The notes under the pieces: generated by a model
The model's input: the letters and a program-made list of their open reading frames with translations, nothing else
What the model was told of the DNA's origin: nothing
The model's database searches: none
Assembly: GCA_049294075.1 (NCBI GenBank)
Contig: JBAQCK010000058.1
Coordinates: 12,983-76,982 of the forward strand
Length of the DNA: 64,000 bases
Source: Bacteroidales bacterium
Lineage (GTDB): Bacteria; Bacteroidota; Bacteroidia; Bacteroidales; VadinHA17
Direction of reading: 5' to 3'
Shown: piece by piece, positions 57,783 to 64,000 of the stretch
Numbering within the stretch: position 1 is the stretch's first letter
Layout of the letters: each line of letters starts with the position of its first letter
Position numbers and translations under genes: made by a program

Positions 57783-57790
57783 TATCTTTG
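57783..57790 (+). promoter_or_regulatory. candidate -7 box TATCTTTG upstream of the cold-shock-domain gene
   Basis: Matches TAnnTTTG 65 nt upstream of the ATG at 57855. Confidence 0.35.
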
Positions 57791-57854
57791 CCGGAAGTTC
57801 CTGCTTAAGCCTTTGACGGGGACATTCAGGATTCGTAAACAAATAAAATCACAT

Positions 57855-58310
57855 ATGGGAAGATCTCAGGAGACATTAGGCAAAAAAGAAGTTAGGAACA
57901 AGCAAGAAAAGAAGAGAAAGGAAAAGCAGAAGAAGCGTGCCCTCAAGAAGACCGAGGGCAAGAGCAATTTCGACAATATGATTGCCTATGTTGATGAGTT
58001 CGGAGTCATTTCATCCACCCCTCCCGATCCCACAAGAAAAAAACAGGAAGTGATTGCCGAAGACATTGAGTTACAGGTAATCAGGACCAATCCCGAAGAT
58101 GCTCCCGACTATCACAGGAAGGGTGTTGTCACGTTCTACAACGATTCAAAAGGATTCGGGTTCATACGCGACCTGGAATCGAACATGAGATTGTTCTTCC
58201 ATGCAAGCGATGTTCAGGAACCCGTAAAGGAGGACAACATCGTTTCCTTTGAAAAGGGAAAGGGCCCTAAAGGTATAGCAGCTATAAATGTAAGGCTCTT
58301 CAAGGAATAA
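57855..58310 (+). CDS. cold-shock domain protein with a Lys-rich N-terminal extension
   Basis: C-terminal CSD: KGVVTFYNDSKGFGFIRD (RNP1-like KGFGFI), FFHASDV. N-terminal KKRKEKQKKR region. Start at the first ATG (57855); the ORF maximum uses TTG at 57813. Confidence 0.85.
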   Translation: MGRSQETLGKKEVRNKQEKKRKEKQKKRALKKTEGKSNFDNMIAYVDEFGVISSTPPDPTRKKQEVIAEDIELQVIRTNPEDAPDYHRKGVVTFYNDSKGFGFIRDLESNMRLFFHASDVQEPVKEDNIVSFEKGKGPKGIAAINVRLFKE

Positions 58311-58323
58311 TAGAATATTTGAT

Positions 58324-58331
58324 TATCTTTG
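58324..58331 (+). promoter_or_regulatory. candidate -7 box TATCTTTG upstream of the DEAD-box helicase gene (implies a leader of about 120 nt)
   Basis: Matches TAnnTTTG. It lies 14 nt after the CSD gene stop and 124 nt upstream of the helicase ATG. Confidence 0.3.
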
Positions 58332-58454
58332 CGCCCTTGTTAACAAAGTGATTTCCAAGAAGCGTTTTTACGCGTATAGCCCTGTCTGCATTTGAGTTCA
58401 CTTCAGCCGGGAATATAAAGATACCGCTCCCGGAGCCACGATTAAAAATATTTA

Positions 58455-60218
58455 ATGATACAATTTGAAGAAATGGGATTTACTCCCGGCATCCTGAGGT
58501 CAATTGAGGAACTCGGATTTACCACCCCTATGCCTGTTCAGGAAAAGGTTATTCCCCTGATGCTGGGAAGCGACACTGACATTATTGCCCTTGCTCAAAC
58601 CGGCACAGGGAAAACGGCTGCTTTCGGTCTGCCGCTTGTTCAGGCAACCGATACCGAAAAAACAGCCACGCAGGCTCTTATATTATGTCCTACCAGGGAA
58701 TTATGCATGCAGATCACAAACGATCTGAACAATTATTCAAAACATACCGGCGGTCTCAGGATCCTTGCGGTATATGGCGGCGCCTCAATTGACGGCCAGA
58801 TAAGGGAGCTCAGGCGTGGTGTTCACATCATCGTTGCCACTCCCGGACGTCTTATCGATCTCATCGGAAGAAGGGCCGCAAAACTTTCGGAAGTCCGGAC
58901 AGTTATCCTGGATGAAGCCGACGAGATGCTCAACATGGGTTTTCTCGACAGCATAAATGAAATCCTTGAAGAGGTTCCGTTAAACAGAAGGACGCTGCTT
59001 TTTTCAGCCACGATGTCGAAGGAGATATCTTCCATTGCCAGGAAATACATGAACGATCCCGCCGAGATACTCATCGGCCGGAAAAACGCATCCGCGGAAA
59101 ATGTCAGCCACAACTACTACGTGGTTCACGCGAAGGATAAGTACAAGGTGCTGAAGCGTCTTGCCGACTCAGAACCCGATATATATGCCATAATCTTCTG
59201 CCGTACACGTAAGGAAACACAGGATGTGGCAGTCAGGCTTATAAACGACGGCTACAATGCCGATGCCCTTCATGGCGACCTTTCACAGTCGCAACGCGAC
59301 GCAGTTATGAACAAGTTCAGGTCGCGAAACCTCCGCCTGCTGGTTGCCACCGACGTTGCAGCCCGCGGACTGGATGTTGATGATCTGACTCATGTTATCA
59401 ACTTCAGCCTGCCCGACGACACTGAAGTATATACCCACAGGTGCGGCCGTACAGGCCGTGCAGGGAAAAAAGGAATATCTGTCTCTCTTGTCCATCTGAG
59501 GGAAAAGAACAGTCTTCACCGCATAGAAAAACTTGTGAATAAGTCGTTCAATTCACTGCCTGTTCCGACGGGAAGCGAGATTTGCGGCAAACAGCTTTCG
59601 AGATGGGTTGAAAAACTCGAGACCGTATCAACAGGTCATAAGGAAATTGAAAAACTGCTGCCCGAAATACAGGCCAGACTTGAAAACCTCGACAAGGATG
59701 AACTGATCAGGCGTGTGGTCTCGCTGGAGTTCGACAGGTTCCTCGACGATTACCGCGACGAAGAGGATATTATTGAACCTGTTCACGCGAAGGAAGAGAA
59801 TTGGAGCAGATCAGGAAAGAAAGGCTCATTCAGCCAGATGAATGACAACTATACCCGACTCTTTATCAATTTCGGAAAAGCCGACGAATTTTTCCCCGAT
59901 CAGCTTATAAGCCTTATCAATTCCAACACAAGGGGCATGAAAGTCCCGATAGGGAAGATCGACCTCTACAGGGATTTTTCATTTTTCGAAGTCGAAGCCG
60001 GCTATTCAGATGACCTTATAAAAGCCATGAAAAATGCCAAATACATGGGCAAAAGGGTTGTGGTGCAGATCGCCCAGGAAAAGAGCGAAGAACGGGGCGA
60101 AAAGGCATATCCCGGCAAGAAACCTGCATGGAAAACCGGCAGGACTAACGGCAAAACAAGCGGCAGGACTAACGGCAGAAAAAGCTACGGGAAGACCCAC
60201 AGGACAGTCGCTTATTAG
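58455..60218 (+). CDS. DEAD-box ATP-dependent RNA helicase (DeaD/CsdA-like) with a DbpA-type C-terminal RNA-binding domain and a basic tail
   Basis: Q-motif, AQTGTGKT, DEAD (LDEADEM), SAT, HRCGRTGRAG. C-terminal YTRLFINFGKAD... domain. Tail GRTNGKTSGRTNGRKS. Confidence 0.93.
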   Translation: MIQFEEMGFTPGILRSIEELGFTTPMPVQEKVIPLMLGSDTDIIALAQTGTGKTAAFGLPLVQATDTEKTATQALILCPTRELCMQITNDLNNYSKHTGGLRILAVYGGASIDGQIRELRRGVHIIVATPGRLIDLIGRRAAKLSEVRTVILDEADEMLNMGFLDSINEILEEVPLNRRTLLFSATMSKEISSIARKYMNDPAEILIGRKNASAENVSHNYYVVHAKDKYKVLKRLADSEPDIYAIIFCRTRKETQDVAVRLINDGYNADALHGDLSQSQRDAVMNKFRSRNLRLLVATDVAARGLDVDDLTHVINFSLPDDTEVYTHRCGRTGRAGKKGISVSLVHLREKNSLHRIEKLVNKSFNSLPVPTGSEICGKQLSRWVEKLETVSTGHKEIEKLLPEIQARLENLDKDELIRRVVSLEFDRFLDDYRDEEDIIEPVHAKEENWSRSGKKGSFSQMNDNYTRLFINFGKADEFFPDQLISLINSNTRGMKVPIGKIDLYRDFSFFEVEAGYSDDLIKAMKNAKYMGKRVVVQIAQEKSEERGEKAYPGKKPAWKTGRTNGKTSGRTNGRKSYGKTHRTVAY

Positions 60219-60363
60219 ACATTTATAATGGGCTCCGGAGGTGTGCCCTGTGAAAAGCACCCGGCCGGAACAGATCCGGAAAATGATCGAACATTTTACG
60301 GATTTTTTCTTATTTTGCATTGTCCCTTTAATTGAAATACCAACCTTGAAAAAACCCCGAATC

Positions 60364-63057
60364 ATGAGACTGATCTGGCCTGTCATCTTACCTCTCATAC
60401 TATTATCCTGCACCCGTGAAACGGGAAGTGCAAATCTTCAGAACCTGAGGTGCGAGTACCTGGTCAACCCGACAGGGATTGATACCGGGAAACCCCGGTT
60501 CACCTGGCAGATGACATCTGAGAAACCGGGCGTGGAGCAGACGGCTTACATGATCTTTGTCGGGACCGATTCCGTTTCGGTTGCCGGAGGAGAAGGAGAT
60601 GTATGGGAATCGGGACAAACGTCAGGTTCTTCGGTGCCTGTGGTTTACACGGGCCCCTCCCTCCTGCCCTTCACAAAATATTACTGGAGCCTCAGGGCGA
60701 AGCTGAATGACGGAAGCTGGACGGAACTTCCGGAGCCGGCCTCATTTGAAACCGGGTATATGAACAAGGCTGCCTGGAAAGGGCACTGGATAACCGACAC
60801 TTACGATTTCAACCTCAAACCTGCGCCGTATTTCAGGAAGCAATTCAGCTTAGACAGGAAGGTAAAAACTGCCAGGGCATATATAGCCGCGGCCGGGTTA
60901 TATGAGCTGAGCATCAACGGCGAAAAGGCCGGCGATCACCGGCTCGATCCGATGTACACCCGTTTCGACCGCCGGACTCTCTATGTAACTTACGATGTAA
61001 CCCGGAAGCTGACGCAGGGAGAAAACGTCATCGGGGTTATTCTCGGAAACGGATGGTATAATCACCAGTCGACTGCGGTATGGTATTTCGATAAGGCGCC
61101 ATGGCGGGCCAGGCCGAAATTCTGCATGGACCTGAGGATCACATACGAAGACGGCAGCGAAGAGGTGATCGGCACCGGCCAGGACTGGAAGACTTCGCTC
61201 TCACCTGTCATTTTCAACAGCATCTACACGGCAGAGCACTACGATGCCCGTCTTGAACAGCCGGGATGGGACACTCCCGGTTTTGACGATTCAAACTGGA
61301 AAAGTCCACTCAACACGGGTGCGCCCTCAAACAACATAACCGCACAGGTACTCCATCCGGTGCGCAATGTAGAAAAGATACCCGCAGTCAAAATGACCAG
61401 ATTCAGCAGCAAAAACTACCTGTTCGATTTCGGCCGCAACATATCAGGTGTTACAGAAATCAGGATCAAAGGAGAGTCAGGCGCCATGGTCAGGCTCATC
61501 CACGCGGAAAGGACCGGATCCGACGGACATGCCGACCAGTCGAATATAGATGTCCATTACCGTCCGACCGACGACAGCGATCCATTCCAGACCGACATTG
61601 TCATCCTGAGCGGAATTAAGGAGGACGAATTCATGCCCCGGTTCAACTACAAGGGCTTCCGGTTTGTTGAAGTTGTATCGGACAAACCTGTTGAACTTGG
61701 TCAGGAAAGCCTTACCGCTTACTTTATGCACAGTGACGTCCCCCCGGCCGGAAAGATAAACTCCTCGAACAATACCCTCAACCTTACATGGATGGCGTCA
61801 AATGCATCGTATCTATCGAACCTATTCGGTTACCCGACCGATTGCCCGCAGAGGGAAAAGAACGGCTGGACAGGCGATGCCCATATCAACATAGAGACCG
61901 GCCTCTATAATTTCGAAGGCATCACGGTTTATGAGAAATGGCTTGCCGATCACCGCGACGAACAGCTCTCAAACGGAGTTCTTCCGGCAATAATACCGAC
62001 AAGCGGGTGGGGATATCACTGGGCCAACGGACCTGACTGGACCAGCACAATTGCCATTATACCGTGGAATATTTATCTCTTCTACGGCGATTCGCGGCTT
62101 CTGGAAGATTGTTATGACAACATCAAACGCTATGTCGACCAGATTGACTCGAGGAGTCCGGAGGGGATCACCGACTGGGGCCTCGGCGACTGGGTGCCGG
62201 TTAAATCGGTTACACCGAAGGAGCTTACCTCCACGGCGTGGTATTATGCGGATGTTATAATCCTGGCAAAGGCAGCCGGGTTACTTGGTAAGGATGAGGA
62301 TGCTGAAAAGTACACCGTTCTGGCCAAAAAGATAAAGGATGCCTTTAACAGTAAGTTCCTCGACTCCTCAACTGGCATTTACGGCAAAGGCCTTCAGACT
62401 GAACTCAGCGTGCCGCTGTACTGGGGACTGGTGCCAGAAGAATTAATACCTGCGACAGCAGAACAGCTTGCAAAGAGAGTAATTGCCGACAATGAGCACA
62501 TCGACGTGGGGCTGCTCGGTACCAAGACACTGCTGAATGCCCTCAGCGCTCACGGCTATGCTGATCTTGCCTACAAGGTTGCCTCACAGGAGGATTTCCC
62601 GTCATGGGGATGGTGGATAGTTAACGGGGCGACAACCTTCTATGAAAACTGGCCGCTGGATGCGAAAAGCGACATCTCGATGAACCACATCATGTTCGGG
62701 GAAATAAATGCATGGTATTACAAGGCTCTTGGAGGCATCTTCCCCGACGAAACCGCTCCCGGCTTCAAAAACGTGATCCTCAGGCCTAACTTTGTGGAAG
62801 GGCTCGAACAATTCGGGGCGGAACATGACGGACCTTACGGTAAAATAGTCTCCGGATGGCAGAGATCAGAAGGCCGGATAAAGTATCATGTTTCCATCCC
62901 GGCAAACAGCACCGCCACTCTGTACCTTAAGTCTGAAAATGCTCTCATGGGCGGAAAGGATCTGGCCGAAGCATCGTCAGTGGCAGGGGTGGAAAAAGAA
63001 GATGGCGGTCTGAGAATACGGCTGAAATCAGGAAATTACGATTTTGAGGTACTCTGA
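60364..63057 (+). CDS. alpha-L-rhamnosidase (GH78) lipoprotein
   Basis: Lipoprotein signal MRLIWPVILPLILLSCT. NLRCEYLVNPTGID N-terminal domain. TDCPQREKNGWTGD in the six-hairpin catalytic domain. Start set at 60364; the ORF maximum is 60241. Confidence 0.88.
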   Translation: MRLIWPVILPLILLSCTRETGSANLQNLRCEYLVNPTGIDTGKPRFTWQMTSEKPGVEQTAYMIFVGTDSVSVAGGEGDVWESGQTSGSSVPVVYTGPSLLPFTKYYWSLRAKLNDGSWTELPEPASFETGYMNKAAWKGHWITDTYDFNLKPAPYFRKQFSLDRKVKTARAYIAAAGLYELSINGEKAGDHRLDPMYTRFDRRTLYVTYDVTRKLTQGENVIGVILGNGWYNHQSTAVWYFDKAPWRARPKFCMDLRITYEDGSEEVIGTGQDWKTSLSPVIFNSIYTAEHYDARLEQPGWDTPGFDDSNWKSPLNTGAPSNNITAQVLHPVRNVEKIPAVKMTRFSSKNYLFDFGRNISGVTEIRIKGESGAMVRLIHAERTGSDGHADQSNIDVHYRPTDDSDPFQTDIVILSGIKEDEFMPRFNYKGFRFVEVVSDKPVELGQESLTAYFMHSDVPPAGKINSSNNTLNLTWMASNASYLSNLFGYPTDCPQREKNGWTGDAHINIETGLYNFEGITVYEKWLADHRDEQLSNGVLPAIIPTSGWGYHWANGPDWTSTIAIIPWNIYLFYGDSRLLEDCYDNIKRYVDQIDSRSPEGITDWGLGDWVPVKSVTPKELTSTAWYYADVIILAKAAGLLGKDEDAEKYTVLAKKIKDAFNSKFLDSSTGIYGKGLQTELSVPLYWGLVPEELIPATAEQLAKRVIADNEHIDVGLLGTKTLLNALSAHGYADLAYKVASQEDFPSWGWWIVNGATTFYENWPLDAKSDISMNHIMFGEINAWYYKALGGIFPDETAPGFKNVILRPNFVEGLEQFGAEHDGPYGKIVSGWQRSEGRIKYHVSIPANSTATLYLKSENALMGGKDLAEASSVAGVEKEDGGLRIRLKSGNYDFEVL

Positions 63058-63102
63058 GAGTAAGAAATGCGGCATACCACAAGCGTGATGCATCGATAAT
63101 TC

Positions 63103-63126
63103 TAAGGCGTCAAGGCCTTAAGGCGT
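63103..63126. repeat. 3-unit octad array (CTAAGGCG TCAAGGCC TTAAGGCG)
   Basis: Read directly. It has the same CTAAGGCG unit as the array at 37961. Confidence 0.8.
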
Positions 63127-63206
63127 GCATGACCTGCATGACCTGCACGACCTGCACGACCTGCACGACCTGCATGACCTGCATGACCTGCACGACCTGC
63201 ACGACT
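63127..63206. repeat. 8.9-copy nonamer array TGCAYGACC (reverse complement of the 53.0-kb GTCRTGCAG array)
   Basis: Read directly. Read on the reverse strand, the variant order is G G A A G G G A A. The flank AGATATAAAAA|GTCGTGCAG resembles AGATAAGAAGT|GTCGTGCAG at 53001. Confidence 0.97.
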
Positions 63207-63339
63207 TTTTATATCTGCCTTGTCAAAAGAAAACAACCCTTAGCCATCTTATAAATAAGGTTCATCATAAACCGGACTTTTCCGAACATGATGGCATGTA
63301 AATTGTTTTACATTTCGGGAAACAAGGTACATCAGAGTC

Positions 63340-64000
63340 ATGGAAATTTCGAGGTTGATAAATATTATAACAGGTCTGGTAACAGCGGTGATGATACTTC
63401 TTTTCACCAGCTCCGCTCCGGAAAGGCTCAGGTTAGCCTCTGAAGGTGATCCTTCCCCTTCTGCCGGTTCGACGGATGTAGCTGTTGCCGCTCCTGCTGC
63501 TCCCGCGATGTTCAACGAGGATATCTATTCTGCCCTTAATGAAAAAGCCAGGGGACTGCTCTCGCCGAGGTATAATAACGATAAGATATTGCAGGTGGTA
63601 GGCGCAATTTACAATTCAACTGCCGACGGGCTTGATCCCGAGGATTACAATATTTCCGGCATTGAAAAACTGGCCGAAAAGATTGCATCATCCGACAAAC
63701 CTTCGTACGACGAAATACTAAGGATGGAGCATCTTCTCGATGAAGCATTTATCGGTCTGTCAACTGATCTTGGCACAGGGAAGGTTTCTCCCGAAGATGC
63801 AGATCCCCAGTGGAAAGCCCTGAGGAGGAACACTGGTGAAGACTGGCTTACCTATATCGAATATGCACTTAATGCTGATGATCCTGCCAGGGCTCTCCAA
63901 AGACTGACCCCGAGGCATAGGGAATACCTTAACCTGAAGAAAGCGCTGGCTGAATATCGTCGGTTGGAATCAGCCGGAGGATGGGGAACTTTCACCACCA
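63340..64000 (+). CDS. L,D-transpeptidase family protein (YcbB-like), N-terminal part; 3' end lies outside the window
   Basis: ATG at 63340, open to the window end. N-terminal TM anchor. The region ...TPRHREYLNLKKALAEYRRLESAGGW resembles the scaffold domain of YcbB-type murein L,D-transpeptidases. The catalytic domain is not in the window. Confidence 0.5.
   Translation, partial: MEISRLINIITGLVTAVMILLFTSSAPERLRLASEGDPSPSAGSTDVAVAAPAAPAMFNEDIYSALNEKARGLLSPRYNNDKILQVVGAIYNSTADGLDPEDYNISGIEKLAEKIASSDKPSYDEILRMEHLLDEAFIGLSTDLGTGKVSPEDADPQWKALRRNTGEDWLTYIEYALNADDPARALQRLTPRHREYLNLKKALAEYRRLESAGGWGTFTT

Noticed and set aside
53012-63206. Possible CRISPR arrays
   Set aside because: The units are 7-9 nt and directly abutting, with no unique spacers. 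No cas genes lie in the window. These are micro/minisatellite-type arrays, not CRISPR.
63249-63515. 88-aa minus-strand ORF
   Set aside because: It overlaps, in antisense, the start of the better-supported plus-strand L,D-transpeptidase-like CDS, which is absent from the track only because it has no stop in the window.

Overview
The window looks like a chromosomal segment from a Bacteroidota genome of about 47% GC. Evidence for the phylum: a PorQ-cmk-ispH arrangement, DUF5683 downstream of parAB, DUF4492 upstream of cydAB, and TTTG/TAnnTTTG promoter boxes. All protein calls rest on motifs read from the supplied translations; no database search was possible.

Most of the window is densely packed housekeeping genes:
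- a partial sigma-54 activator
- parA-parB-DUF5683-mltD followed by an unusual SGNH-MBOAT fusion
- glutaminyl cyclase
- the phosphatidylethanolamine pathway (pssA, psd, cdsA)
- an AI-2E/DUF4492/cydAB operon
- hsp20, a flavodiiron protein, ftsH, rsfS, birA, pyrE, coaD, lon and L31
- tRNA-His and fused CcsBA
- an acyl-CoA dehydrogenase / membrane Fe-S oxidoreductase / etfBA cluster
- porQ-cmk-ispH
- a CDF transporter and a Cu-type P-type ATPase
- a NEW3-like surface protein with an ABC-2 transporter
- an MsbA-like exporter and yqeY
- a cold-shock-domain protein with a DEAD-box helicase
- a GH78 rhamnosidase and a partial L,D-transpeptidase

I found no transposase, integrase, CRISPR array, rRNA or recognisable defence or biosynthetic island.

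The unexplained signals are non-coding or degenerative:
1. A family of short period-7/8/9 tandem arrays lies in at least eight intergenic gaps. They reuse a small set of unit sequences. Two 9-nt arrays sit in inverted orientation about 10 kb apart.
2. GC-rich hairpin and inverted-repeat elements occur at 15.46-15.64 kb and 39.97-40.32 kb.
3. A gene-decay patch at 53.2-57.7 kb holds fragments of GH28, a TonB-dependent receptor, aspartase and a cNMP-binding protein. A separate lipid kinase at 7.9 kb carries an in-frame internal deletion.
4. Two gene arrangements are understudied: the SGNH-MBOAT fusion beside an MltD-like transglycosylase, and the NEW3-like protein with its ABC-2 transporter.

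I cannot show that any of these is a new system. The repeat family is the signal I would follow up first.
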